Below are positions 48,454 to 63,015 of a stretch of DNA of 64,000 nucleotides, one piece after another. The position numbers and the translations under genes were made by a program. Below the pieces are notes generated by a model. That model saw nothing but the letters and a program-made list of their open reading frames with translations, was not told the DNA's origin and made no database searches. The stretch lies in contig OZ024745.1 in NCBI GenBank assembly GCA_964016885.1, positions 62,062,001-62,126,000 on the forward strand, written 5' to 3'. Position 1 is the stretch's first letter. Each line of letters begins with the position of its first letter. Source of the DNA: Eledone cirrhosa (Eukaryota).

Positions 48454-50545
48454 TTACCGTACTTCTCGTAGAGGAGGGATGGTTTTTACATCCCTTTTCA
48501 CTTGATCGTCTGGTGAAGGGACCGTTGAATCGTCCCTTCGGCTGGTCGTCGGCTCTTCTATGAGTATGTCCGAATATACTCGTCGATTGATAGTTCCTCC
48601 TAGGTCTCTGAAATCACCAACTGCGTTGGGGAATTTCGTTTTAATGTTTGTGTATTGTTTCTGTGCTATTTTTAGCAGTCTTATGTTAGTTGGCGTTTTG
48701 ATTGGTGCTGGTATTATGTAGTCGTGTTGTGAAATGTCTGTGTGTTCAATTATGTAAGTCATTAGTTTCTTGTTGTGTGTATTTATTGCCGTGCATTTGT
48801 TTTTCTGGGGGTGGGGTGTGGTTCTGCTATTTTCTTGTCGTTGTTGCTGGGTGTGTGTGTTTTGTTGTTGTGTTTGCGATGTTGGTGCTTGTGGTGGTGG
48901 TGTTGAAGGTGTTGTTGGCGGTGGGGTTGTCGCCGGTGGTGATGGTGGTGCTAGTGTGGGTGGTGATGGTGTTGGTGGTGTTGCTGCTGTGAGTCTCTTT
49001 GCAGTAGACTTTACCTTTTTCTCATTTCTTTCCTCCCTTTTCAAAGGCGACGATGCGCTGCTTCTGCGTTTGTGCCTTCTTACGACCTTTTGCCATCCCT
49101 CTCCCACCTCACACTCCATGTCTGATTCTGTGAGGTCGGGGAGGGGTACCAGCTCCACTCTTTCACTTGTTGTTGTTGGTGATGTTTGCACTGGAGTCTC
49201 TGTTGCAGCTGCATTTGGTATTGCTGTTGTTGTTGTTAGTATTTCCACTGCTGCTGCTGTTTTTGATTTCCGTGGCGTCGGTATGGGTGCCACGGACCTA
49301 TCGTTCCTGGTTGCCGCTTGTCCTGTTGCTGGTAGCCGTGGAGCCGGTTTTCTCCTTTCTCAGGGTCTTCTCGTTGCAGAAGGCCCTGAGGTGAGTCTTC
49401 GATCCACAGCGAAAGCATTTCGGGCGTTTGCCCTCAACACTTATGGGCAGTTGAGTGCCGTTATCGAAGTCTATGACATCCGGGATAGCTTCGATGCACT
49501 CCTGGTTGGTTTGGATTAGCATCTCAATGGAGGTGCCGACCCAATCTTCTCTTACTTTTTCTGTACTTGCAGTACAGTTGTTTTGTCCTCGATTCCGACG
49601 GGGACAGACGCGGCCAGTCAAGAAGGGGCCATCCCAGGGGGGGGGGGGGACGTGGGTCAGTTTGACCCTCACAATTTTTTGCCCGCAGTAGGAGGGCACC
49701 AACACCATTTCCTCGCTCCTTAGCGTCACTACGGATTGAGCCTTTGCCTCCTGTGGTGTGGCAAAAAGTACGTCTACGGTGGCATATTTTTTGCCTCGGG
49801 TGATGTGTGTTTTGCCCTGCCACACAGACCCCAAGGCTTTTTGTATTTGAGTCTCTGTGGCTCTTTCAACCCTACGGGATTTTGTACTTACTGTACGGTA
49901 CGTGACCGTACAGTGCTGTTGGGTTTCGAAAACTTTTTCCGCTGCCTTGCAGATTGCTCGGTGTCCAGTCTTTGTCACCATCATCTTCGCTTCCTCTAAT
50001 TCCTCATTTGTTATGAGGATTGTTTCCAGGTTTTTCGCAAAACCTGCAAATGAGATTGGTTTTTCTTTGCTGCTGTTGTTGTTGTTGTCGTCAGAGCTGC
50101 TGTTACCTTTGTTGTTGCTGCAGGTACTACGACTACTGCCTCCGCCGCTGTTGCTGTGGTTGTTGTTGGTGTTGCTGCTGTTAATGCTGTTGTTGTTTAT
50201 GCTGCTGGTGATGCTGTTGCGGCTGCTACTGTTGTTTTCATTGTCACTGTTGCTGTTGTTATTACAGCTGTTACTGCTATTATTCCTGACGTCAGACGAA
50301 TGAAATGGGTTTTCGTATTTCCCGCACACCTGTTTCGTCGTTGTCGTCGTCGTCGTGGAGAAATCTTGCACGCTTTGCACGAGACTTTTCTTTTTTGTTG
50401 TCGCTTGCGAAAGAGAAGGGAGGGAGAGAGACACATTTAAAGAAGGGAGGGAGAGAGACAATCTTCTCTCTGCTGTAGTGATGATTGAGGAAGAAGAAGA
50501 CGGAATGAGTGGGAGTGACCTATGAAAATTCTTTTTCGTAGCCAT
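48454..50545 (-). pseudogene. Tx1 ORF1 of E, frameshifted
   Basis: MATKKNFH... start, CFRCGSKTHLRAFC knuckle, and a deletion/frameshift at ~49345. Confidence 0.88.
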
Positions 50546-50779
50546 GTTGTTTTTTTTGTTTAAAATAAATATTGGGCGCAAAACCCCAATAAGCAGATAT
50601 TTAGTCCCGAAGGGCCAAATAACGGACAGAAAGACCCCTCTCACGAGGAGGAGGGTGTTTTTGTCTACAAGTTCGTTAAAGTTTTAAACAATTTACAATT
50701 GTTATACCGTTCAAAATTTACAATACCTTACAGAGCCGAGCCTCCGTCAACCATAGCATTCAATAATAATAATAATAAT

Positions 50780-53700
50780 GATTTCATTTATTAGCCACAA
50801 GGACCGACATGTAGGGGACAATACAAAGACAGGGACAGTAAAAGTGCACAATGGCAAGACTAATTTAACAATGAAAATATAAAAATATAAAATAAACTAT
50901 GCATAAATATAACAAAATAAATTCCCCGATAAGGGGTGGACGACCCTGGGGTGACTCGGGTACCCCACCAATTCTGAACCACCCTGCGCTTCTCGGGCAC
51001 CCAGGGAGAGCACCCCTCTCCTCCTGTTAGCTAGCCTATAGGCGCATGGTCAGAGTAGGCCCATTCACACGAGCCATTCTCGCCACATTCACCCACCTTT
51101 TAGCAAATGTACTGGGGGGCAGCACTTCTCTCTCCACCCTCACCTTCCTTTCCAGGTGAAACTTGAAGAAGTTGATGAGGGATTGGCCGAAGAGAAAAGT
51201 GTCTGTCTTCAGTCCTTTCAACCTGGTTCACCATATAATCTCTTTCGCAACTGCCACCAGACAGAGGAACATTTCCTGCTCTTCCTGAGCTAAGGAAGGC
51301 GGTGGATCGACTTCACTATGGACTCGGCCGATAGCCGGCTTCGTTCCAACGCGACAGTAGCTGTTCGACATAACTCCACAAGTCAGTAATGCACGGACAT
51401 TGGACAATTGCGTGCAGAACGGTTTCGTCGTTCTGTGCGCATCTTGGGCAGGTAAGTCTGACAGCACTTCCGTGCCTGTAGATTTTATCCCGAACCGGCA
51501 GTGCCCCCTGGTAGCACTGCCAAGCGAGGGATTTCTGGAAATTGTCCATCGTCTCCGGTTCAAAAGTCCTCCGGTACAAACTGGTCAGTTCGAGGCCCAA
51601 AGCTTCTCCGAGTGCGTCATCGTACTTGCCCACCAATAATCCTCTATAGAACTCGAGAGTGGAAGTTCCACTGATCGCATTGCCCGCTTGGTAGAGGGCA
51701 GTGAGTGCCTGGCATCATTCCAGGTGCCAGTCACCCAGTCTCGGTCTCTTCTTGACCCGGGACTGCAGCTCAGTCAAAGAAATGAGCTGCGGAAAGGCCC
51801 GTCTGATAAACGGCGACCACACCTGTTCACCATTCAGGCAGAATATCTGGAGATGTCGCCGCCTCAATGCATGTCTGCGCATCATTAGCCACGGCATGCC
51901 CATCCCTCCGCATAGAGGGTGCTAGCAGCAGATGGACCGCCTCACCAACGGAACTTGTCCCCTCCACAAGAATTTGAAGAGGAGCCGTTCCAACTTGACG
52001 AGGCGCGGACGGGGGCAAGGCACGACGGTCAGGCGGTAGTAGATGACGGACGCGATGTACGCATTCGCCACCTCCGCGCGACCTTTCAGTGATAGCTTCC
52101 TCCCAGCCCATTTTTGGGTGAGACTGGCTACTATGCTCGTTACCTCGTCCCAATTCTTTTCCACCTGGAGGTCTGGTCCGAACCAAACCCCGAGCAACTT
52201 TACCGGTCCGTCCGTCCAGCGCCCCACGACGCTGTTGGACGGCATGGGCTTGCCTCTCCAGGTTCCGAGCTGCAAGCCCACCGACTTTTCCGGGTTCAGT
52301 TTGGCTCCTGTCAACCTTTCATATTCCTTCAATAAGGTGCCGACCCCCTCGATTTCTGAGATGTTCGACACCATCACGGTGTTGTCGTTCGCATAAGCCG
52401 ACACCGCCTTTCCACGTCCCGTTTCGAGCGGGATGCCCTGTAACAGCTCCAGCTTCCGCAGTAAAGGCTCGAGAGTCAATACGTACAGAAAGGAAGAGAG
52501 AGGGCACCCTTGACGGACCGATCGGGAGAGCCGAAATGGTTCCGAGAGGTGGCCATTAACCTTGACCACCGAGCGTGTGCCGCTGTGCATTGCAGCAATT
52601 CAGCTTCTAAAGACGGCCGAAGCCAGCTGCTTTGAGGACAAACTCCAGATACCGATGGTGGACACTATCGGATGCTTTCGATTGATCTAAATTGATCAGT
52701 GCCCCACCGAAGCCAGGTTTTCACCCTGCCCTCTCTATGATGTATCGCATGAGGTGGAGATTGTCGTGTATGGACCTGGCTGGGATTGCGCAAGTTTGCG
52801 CCTCCCCAACCAAATCCTCGAGAACAAGCGCCAATCTCTTTGCTAACACGTTGGCCAAAATCTTAAACTCTGTGTTGAGCAGAGTTATGGACCTGAAGTT
52901 GTTTAATGTATCCCTCTTGTTCTCGTCTTTCCTTATCAGCGTCACCACTCCCCTGCTCACAGAACTGGGAATACTCCCATTCTGCTGCCAGTTGCAGTAG
53001 AGTGCTTCGAGGAGTTCGGAGAACAAGTCTGGTATATTTACATAAAACTCGTAGGGCAGGCCATCCAAACCGGGTGACTTGCACCTCATGCAGCCAACAA
53101 GGGCGTCCTGAATTTCGGCTGAAGTAATCGGCCCTTCGCAGCGCTCAGCGTCGATCGTTGAGATGCGCGGCAAGCCGTCAAGGTAGGGACTGAAATCCGC
53201 TACTCTCTCCAACTCGCCACTCTCCCCGAACAACGGAGCAAAGTGCTGGCGAAAGGCCTCACACATCCGCTTGGAATCGCTTATCTCGTGTCCGTCTCGG
53301 TCCGCCAAAGACCAAATTGTGGTTTTATTACCACGCTGCGCTACCGCCACGCGGGCCCATTGAACAGCTTTAGTTCCCTAGTTTCTCAGCGCACGCGCCT
53401 TAGCTCTGACAATCAACCTTCGTGTTTGGCATTGAAGAAATGGTCTAATGCCATTCTCGCCGCTAGCACATCAGTTGCAATGCCACTACAAATAGCCTCG
53501 TCTAACTTATCTACCAGCTCCCCCTCCTTTCTATTTATCTCTAACGCTAGTTCTTTGCTGAACTCTATCGAAGTTACTCTAATCTCACTTTTGAGAGCCC
53601 CCCACCATCTGTTGTTGATGATCACCCCTGTCAACTTTTGCTTAACTAAATTGTTGACTCGGTCCCTGTAAGCCTTACGTGCCGGAAATGACATGTTCAG

Positions 53701-56635
53701 CTTCCAGTAACCCGGTCCGAACCTACGCGTTTTATTTACGTCGACCGTACAGATCACAAATTTGTGATCTGAGTAGGCGACCGTTTTAAAAAGTGGACAG
53801 CCCACACTATTTCTATCTATTTTCCTAACGAAGATCCTGTCTATATACGATCTAGATGACCCCATTCGGTTGGTCCATGTCCATACTGGCACATTGGGGA
53901 AATCTAGTCGATACCTGTCAGACAGTTGGAACTGGCTGAGTAGGTGCTTGAGGCTTTTGCACCCCCGCTCCTATCGGCTACTCCACACAATCCCAGCGTG
54001 CGTCTAAGATGCCATTCCAGTCCCCCGCTAACAGTAAAGGGCGAGACGTACCCAGAAAGGTCTCCAGGCGCCTAAAGAAGTCCGGTCGTCCGGCCCCTGT
54101 AGGGGCGTAGAAGGCCAGCAGTCTAAAGGCACCACTTTCGCTACTGCTCACATCCAAGACCACCAACTTACCGCCCAGGTCCCGGAAGAATGACCTTACC
54201 TCGAGATCCAGTCCTTTCCTAAACAGCACTGCCACCCCCATTCCCGGCCTGCCAACAGATGCGAAGATCTGATAGTCGTCGAAAATGGGGGCTAGTGCGC
54301 GCGTGTCGGAAATTCTGGTCTCGCTGACGGCAATCACATCCATTTCCAGCGACCTGAGGTCGTTTAGCAGGCGACCCTGCTTCCAGGGTGACCCCAGGCC
54401 GCGAACATTTAAACTTCCTACTCTTAATATGGCCATATCGGTAAGCTAAGAGAGAGAGGGAAGGTTTACTTACCTCCCGGGGTCTTGTGAAGGTCGGGTG
54501 GTTCGACCTCCATGGTTGCTGGGGTTTCTTTTGGGAACCCCTTTAAAAGTCTTGATGTGGGTTTCACATTCGGGGTTCCCACACTTGAGGAAAGCTCACT
54601 CGAATTTCTTTGAAGGAATTGAGTGACATTCGGACCAGAAGCAAATCTTCTGGCACGCAAAATGTGCTCATTTCAAAAATCTCCCCCTCTGTTTGAATGT
54701 CCTCGCTTCGTGCTAAGAGGGCCATCAGTTTATCGTTGGCCCTTCTGACAAGCATGAAGTTTTTAACATTTTGTTGTGTGGTTTTATTTGTTTTCGTTTT
54801 GGTGACTGAGGTGGTGATGGTTTTGGTGGTGTTGTTTCGGGTATGTCTATGTTTGTTGTAGGTGTGGTGTCTGCAATTTCAGGTATTTGTGTGTTTATTT
54901 GTACTTGTGTTTGTTTAGGTTGTTTGCGTTTCGGGGATTGTGGAGGTGGTGTCGATGTTGCTGTTGGTGATGATGTTATTGGGGAAGTGTTTGCGTTAGT
55001 GGTGTCTGTAATTTTTGTGTTTTGTTGGGGCTTTTTTTTGTGAGTTTTCTCTGTTTTTTTTTGCACTTTTGGGTTTTCCTTCATCTTCGCTGCTGGAAGA
55101 CAAAGGGTCTGTGGCTGTGAGTGTCTCTGTGTCTGTGGGTGCGTTTATTGTTTTGTCTATGTGTATAATTGGGGTGGCGAGGGGGAGTGGGAGAGCGTTC
55201 CTCGTTTTCTCCTTGGATTGGTTTTGGTGTTGGTGGTGATCCGGCTGTTTTTGATGTTGGTGTCCGTGTTTTTGCTGGTGTTGTTTTTGGTGGTGGTGGT
55301 GGTGCAGCCTTCCGTGCTGACACTGGCGTTGGCAACAAAGGAGGTTTGCGAACACCTGCATTTTTGCGCTGAGGGCAGAAGGCTTGCAGATGCGTTGCTT
55401 CCCCGCAGACGAAGCAGCGTGGCCTTCTTCCGTCAATGATTAGTTGGATTGTTGTCCCGTCCTGCAGGCGGGAAAAATCCGGGATGTTGTCCATGTCCTC
55501 GGGTTTCATTTTGAGAAGAATCTCCAAATCCATTCCGGACCAGTCCTCTCTCTCTGTCCTTTTGATATCCAGGAGGGTAGTGTCTGTCCCCTCCTCGATT
55601 ATGCATCCCAGCAGCCACCATATGTTCATTCCTGGTGGGATGCTGGGAATGCGTACCTTTACTGTCCTTTTACCCATGTAGGACGGATGCATGATAATGC
55701 GTTCCGTTCTGCAGGGGGTCACCGAGTGCTTAATAGCGAGGGCCTCGGTTTTGAACAGTACCGAGATGGTACCGAACTGTTTGCCTCTTGCTTTGTACTC
55801 TATGTTACTTCCGATGTACTCCAAAGCAGCCTCGACCTCTGCTTGGCTGGCAAGTTCCACTTTTCGTGTCTGCACCGAAATACATCGAAAGAACACCGTC
55901 CTCCTTTGCATGGCCGCTATTGCCTCGTCCAGCATGGTCAGGTTTGCCCAGGACTTCTCCCGTTTAATTAGCCTCCACGCTTTGGCCAACTGTTCGTCTT
56001 TATCGCTAATATCAATATCAATATTCAATAAACGCTTTGTTTATGCTGCTGCAGCACATGTGTTGTTTCTGATGCTCTTATTGTTGGTGTTGTCATTCTT
56101 GCTGTTGTTATTGGTGTTGTTGTTGTTGTTTTGTTTGTTGATGCTGTTGCCACCGCCATCCGTGTTTACATTGAAGCTGTTGGTGTTATTGTCGTTATTG
56201 CTCTGAGTTGTTGTTGTTGTGGTGGTGGTGGTGGCGATGGTGGTGATGTCGTTTTCAGATGATACTGCTGCTATCACAGAAGGTTGAGTTTTGCCTTCAC
56301 ATTCAGTAGAGTGGATGACACGCATGACTGTGGCCGTCGTAGTCGCTGCGTGGCTGCCTTTAAACTTTTGACCTGAACGTTGTTTACCGTTTCAAGGTCG
56401 AACATTTCCATGATTTTTTTTTGGTGGAAAAGCGATTTTTTTCGAAGTTTTGAAAAATAAATCTGAATATTCGGGCTTAAAGCCCGAATATTGAGAGGTA
56501 TCCCTCTCTTTAAATCAATATGTGTACCTTAAGTTTCGTTAACGACAAGAAAATACAAAAAATGACACTTTAAAACAGCTTAAAGTTACGAACCTTTTCC
56601 TCGCAGATTTGTACTGTCTTCACACGTGTGCGGTC
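50780..56635 (-). mobile_element. Full-length Tx1 element F (B-family ORF2, distinct 5'UTR and ORF1 N-half), decayed
   Basis: ORF2 remnants 51036-54436, ORF1 remnants 54466-56411 with CFVCGEATHLQAFC, and (AAT)n on both sides. Confidence 0.93.
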
Positions 56636-56661
56636 ATAATAATAATAATAATAATAATAAT

Positions 56662-56868
56662 GGTTTCTTATATAGGCACAAGGCCAGTAATTTGGGGGGA
56701 GGAGAAAGTCGATTAAATCGACCCCAGTGCGTGACTGGTACTTTATATTATCGACCCCATCTGGATGAAAGGCAAAGTTAACCTCGGCGGGATTTGAACT
56801 CAGATCATAAAGGGCCGTAACTCTATGTTACAAAGCATGGTGTCCGACTCTCAACCGATACTGTCATC
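56662..56868 (-). mobile_element. (ATT)n-tailed SINE with the long 3' tail variant
   Basis: Minus 3' end ctccccccaaattactggccttgtgcctatataagaaacc-(ATT)8. AAT repeats on both sides. Confidence 0.88.
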
Positions 56869-56883
56869 AATAATAATAATAAG

Positions 56884-57170
56884 TGTAGCCTTGTCTTCCT
56901 AGTCTTCTCGTGAAAAGGAAATCTCTTCTGCTTATTCAAGATTTGAAAATGGTGGTGACATGGTAACAGCGGCTGTCGTATCCTGATGTTGCTGCATGTG
57001 CTGATCGTTTTCTTTCAGCTTTTAGGAAATCCGTGACACATTTCGACACATTTATCCGCCAGGATTGTTCCCCAATAACCCTTTTAACATTTCTTTTCAT
57101 CTCCTTTATGCGGAATATTTTACGATGCTCTCATCGGATTTCCTCAAGAGTTCTATGACTGCTGAAACCA
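56884..57170 (-). pseudogene. Possible old RTE-like LINE 3' remnant
   Basis: Weak resemblance to RTE C-terminal coding sequence (…KRNVK…QSWR…) ending at an (ATT)n run. Confidence 0.2.
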
Positions 57171-58770
57171 ATAAGAACTGAGCAATAGTTTATATATTGT
57201 GATACCAGATAATTGGAAATTTACTATGAGTCAATGAAGTATACGATGGATTTCATATTTTGTCATCTCATATATTGTGAGCTTAGTCATTGTGAAAGCG
57301 TGTGATGCAACAGTTCAGCTAGTTTTATTATCAAGTATTCTTCTTTCGTAGTTTATACTGTGTGGGGAAATGTTAAATTACAGCATTTCTCTTCCGATGC
57401 GTGTTCCCCGTCATCATTCCTACACGTGTCTGTAGACAAATAATAAAGAAATATAATTTTCGAAGCAACTCATCCTCCTTTGAACCATATATGGGTGGAA
57501 TTCCTAATTTTTTACAAACATGTTGCATGAGGATAAATTCAAAAAGAATTAATTATCAAGCATCTGGGCTTGGCAAAATCCACAAGCGTCATGCTGTATA
57601 AGAAATGAATAAAATAAAATTAACAAAGAATTTTCTTTTCATATACATAGATAAATACAAAAAACTACAGGCTAGGAAGAAGTATTCCAGTAGAGTAAAT
57701 GGTAAAGGATGAGTTGTTTAAACATCTGAATTCAGGGCATTCAAACACGCATGCACAGACACAAGCGCACGCACACGCACATTCACACTCACACGCACAC
57801 AAACTCAAACACACACAGAAACTATGGACTCCTCACTTCAAACTAATGTAAACTTAGATTTTTACTGCAGATTTGAAATCTAACACAAAATATTCCGATT
57901 ATAAGTGAAGCCACTTGTTACAGCAGTAATGATTAAATAAATATTATGTTTTTACAATTCAGTGGACTACGTATAAGTGATTATGAAAGAATATGAACTA
58001 CCAAAACTCTGAATGATTGTAAATCACTGTATAGATTTAGTCAGCTTAAATTCATAGTAAATAGTTTTAAATTATTTTTAAATATTCATCAATCTCTGTT
58101 TTGTGTGCAGGAAAAAATAAAATGCTTGCAGTCTTTTCTTAATCCTCTTCCATAACAACAAACTTTGCAAAGAGAATAGTAACAAGGAAAAGGCATGGAC
58201 TGCAAATATACACAACAAGAACAGCACTCCAAAACATATTAGCCAACACCGAAACATGTAAATATTTTATTTCAATAATAATTGATTAATTTATTCCGTC
58301 TCTTGTGTAAGAATTGTAATAAATTTTAACAGATTGTTTGCCAGAATATGATGGAATAGCACGTATCAATGGGGTTACAGAGAATGGAGAAAAACATTCA
58401 TACATTGCATATTTGTATTCACCTAACAAATGATATTGCAACTGAAGATTTGTAGTATTGGTATAATGCCACACATTTCTCGAAATTCAAAACTTGTGGG
58501 ATATGAACCGAAAACGTCAATGTATAAAAGTACCTACATTGTTTCGGGATACTACCATATTTTCTCATTGAGCCAGCTTCGACCACCATTTATTTCTTAC
58601 CAAAGTAACACTCCAAATATTTCTAACGAAGTAATTCCCTGTAGAGAGATTAGACATCGTATAATCGTTAAAGAAATTCACTGGCTGTTAATATTTGTAG
58701 GTAGTTTTGATTTATTTACTATATCTTATACACCTTATGAATGTTCTATATATTTGTTGTGTGCACGTTA

Positions 58771-58882
<112 letters not shown>

Positions 58883-59796
58883 TTCTCTCTTTAACAACAA
58901 CTCTCTCAGTGCGTGTGATATTTTGTCATACATAATGTTATATCATGTTCTTGGTACGGAGAGGGGATTTGATTAAAAAGTGACGTTAATTACAAGTTAT
59001 TCTCTCAGTGATTAGCAAATATTTATGACCATAGGTAAGGGTAGGCATGATTTGAAGACAACAACTTTGGCTTTATTTTCAAAGTTTCTACCAGGTTCAG
59101 AATAATGTTTAAGAAGAAGAAGAAGAAGAAGAAGAAAAAAAAAAGAAGAATAGTTATATTTAAAAAAATCATTACACTACCGAATATACACTACTAGCTT
59201 TCGAAAGACACCATGAATGAAATCAATTGAATGGGAGTTTCGTGTTGCTGTGAGAAAAGTTAATATATTTCGGAAAAGAGGTAGCTAAATAAATATTAGT
59301 AATAGGAGTAATAGGATTACATTCTTCAATGATGGATAGCATTCCTCATGGACACACATCTATCTAACACCTAGGTCCCACATACGGATAAAACCTAAAT
59401 ATAAGACAACTCAATACAGTTTGAGAATATATTTTTGAATGCTTAGAGTGTTAGGAATGCTAAGAATATGATTTGAATTCTAAGAATACGATCAGACGAT
59501 ATATGTCTAGATGCGAGAGCATAGACTGATATTACGGAAATATCAGTCACTTAAATCAATTTCGCCTGTAAGCTCTTATATCACAGCTTGTAATAATCAT
59601 CATTCAATTGCTATCAACAAAATATGTTCAATTTAAAAATAAAAGGAATTTATAAAGATATAGTGTACTAACAAATTAAAATATTCAAGTTCCATTTAAA
59701 TATTAAGTTCAATATTGATTTCAAATATTCGTTGACAAATATTGGCAGAATATTTGTAGACGGAGTCAGAATATTAGTGAGCCCTCAACCTCAAAC

Positions 59797-59875
<79 letters not shown>

Positions 59876-60183
59876 GGCGATGTGGTATCACTGTACCCAT
59901 CCATTAACATTGACTTTGATGTGGAAAAATGTGTGGCGATGATCATTGAGAGTGAGGTGGATTCTGCGACGTCGACACAGACGAACTGGGCCTCCTACTT
60001 AGACTTACCTATGATACTGACTACCTAGACAGCCATGACCTTAGACGTTTCTGCCCCAGTAGACCCATAAGGGGTAGACCCCCCCCCACCATAACCTCAA
60101 TGGCCAAAAAGACTCCCATGGGAAGGTGGATTGGGTGGACCAAAGCTATATGGACCCCCAAAACAATGATCAGGTAAGAAAAA

Positions 60184-61500
60184 ATGGTCGCACATGCAAT
60201 AGGGGTTAGTATCAAAACTACCCTAAAGGGCCACATATTCAAATTCTACACCCAAAATGAGGGAGCAGCCATTGGCGTCAGCATAGCTGGTGACGTTGCC
60301 AACCTTTTTATGGTATGGTGGGAAAGGAGACTCAAAGATCTCCTTGATGAGAGCTCCATAGACCTCATCATGTACTCTCGTTACGTAGACGACATCAATA
60401 TAGTAATAAGGACATCCCCACAAGAGAGTACTAACAAGTTTGATTTAGAACGTAGCACAATGGAAAGCATCCAGCAGATAGCTAATTCGATACACCAGAG
60501 TATAACTGTAACTATCGACTACCCTTCGAAACACCCTAACAATAGACTACCTGTATTAGACACGGAACTCTGGATTAACACTATAGACGAGAGAGCCCAA
60601 ATTCTCCACTCACACGATGCTAAACCCATGGCCTCAAAATACCTGATACTCAAAAACTCAGCAATGTCCAGTAGTGCTAAGTTTAATATTCTGATCGCAG
60701 ACTTGGTACGAGTGATGAAGAACGTGCCCCGCATGTGCAACCCAACAGAAATGGAAAGACACATCCAACACTTCATCAACCGCATGCAGTTCTCTGGCTA
60801 CAAACAAAGAGACAGAATCAGAGAATACGAAGGAGCCACGGAGAAGTATACGACCCTCATAGAACTGGACATGAAAGGAATTTTCCCATTATACAGGAGC
60901 AAATCATGAAATAGCTTATATAGGACTAGACATAAGATAGGGAAAGCCACCTCATGGTACGACAACCAGAGATACCAGAATGTCATGTTTGTGGACGCTA
61001 CCTCTGGAGGGAAATTAGCTAACCAGTGTAGAAAAGCCCCGAGAAAGACCCACTTAAAGATTAAGGTGGTAGAAAAGCCAGGAACCACCATAAAATCCCT
61101 GATCAGCAAAACCTACCCTTTTAAGAAAACTCACTGTACTAATAGGAAATGTATTATATGTAAAGTAAACCCCCGGATAAACTGTAAGACTAGAAACGTA
61201 GTCTATAGCATAAGATGTACAGAAGGTACTTGCAGAAACATGACAACAACATACATAGGCGAGACAGCTCGTAGCATAGGTGAAAGGATAGACCAACACT
61301 GGGGGGGGGGAACTAAAAGGACGAAATAACGGTTCAGTACTATACGAAGATGCCAGACAACAACACGACGGTAACATAGACAACATAGAAATTAGAATAA
61401 TATCTAAACATTGAAATGACCCAGCAGATAGGCAAATCAGAGAGGCCAGCGAAATAGAACTTAGAAGGCCAAGGCTAAACAGAAAAAATGAATGGAATAA
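60184..61500 (+). pseudogene. Penelope polyprotein remnant (RT core, thumb, GIY-YIG endonuclease)
   Basis: ORFs 60184-60909 and 60985-61329 are in one frame, separated by stops. Confidence 0.88.
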
Positions 61501-61789
61501 CAACAACACCCAAACAAACAACACTGACCTAATAGAACTATAAATAAATAAATAAATACATAGACAAGCACAATAACAACAAACACATATAAACACACAC
61601 TAGTAAACTAAAATAGAATACAATAACCAATACACAGTCACCCAAACACGAACACACATCAAACAAAACACTATACACACACGCAAACGCATGCGCAGAG
61701 AGGACAAACAAAATAAACAAATAAATAAATAAATAAACAGACTAAATAAAGATGGCGTAGGCATACAATACAACGGGAGGAAATATAAT

Positions 61790-61839
61790 AGCACCACTGA
61801 CGATGTTGCAGATGTGCAACGAAAGAACTTTGTTAGACT
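61790..61839 (+). ncRNA. Degenerate hammerhead in the Penelope pseudo-LTR
   Basis: agcacca-CTGACGA-t-gttgca-gatg-tgcaac-GAAA-gaac-TT-tg. The 3' strand of stem I is eroded. Confidence 0.55.
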
Positions 61840-62029
61840 ATATATATGTGTTTGTGTCTATATTGTATCTGTATTTTTGACCGTTGGTCAGTCAATGGTA
61901 ATATTGAGGACCGAATAAATTAAATTAACTGATATAAAAGACACAGAAGCGAAAATCAACCAAACAGTGAGTGTGTTCTGTTATTAATTCTGGCAATATT
62001 ATTACACAAATACGACCCTCCCCAAGTAT

Positions 62030-62997
<968 letters not shown>

Positions 62998-63015
62998 TAT
63001 ATATATATATATATA

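Larger units (their letters stand above)
44764..50761 (-). mobile_element. Full-length Tx1 element E (close paralogue of A), ORFs disrupted
   Basis: Nearly identical to A from end to end. ORF2 has a stop/frameshift near 47123 and a 15-nt deletion; ORF1 has frameshifts. Confidence 0.94.
59871..61839 (+). mobile_element. 5'-truncated Penelope-like element (RT + GIY-YIG, Neptune-like Cys linker) with pseudo-LTR
   Basis: YTQNEGAAIG..AGDVANLFM, YSRYVDD, LPVLD; linker CTNRKCIIC; NVVYSIRC...YIGETARSIGERIDQH. Stops and frameshifts present; TA runs on both sides. Confidence 0.92.

Noticed and set aside
44764-56635. Cluster 2 as a segmental duplication of cluster 1
   Set aside because: The flanks differ, and F and B are far more diverged than E and A.
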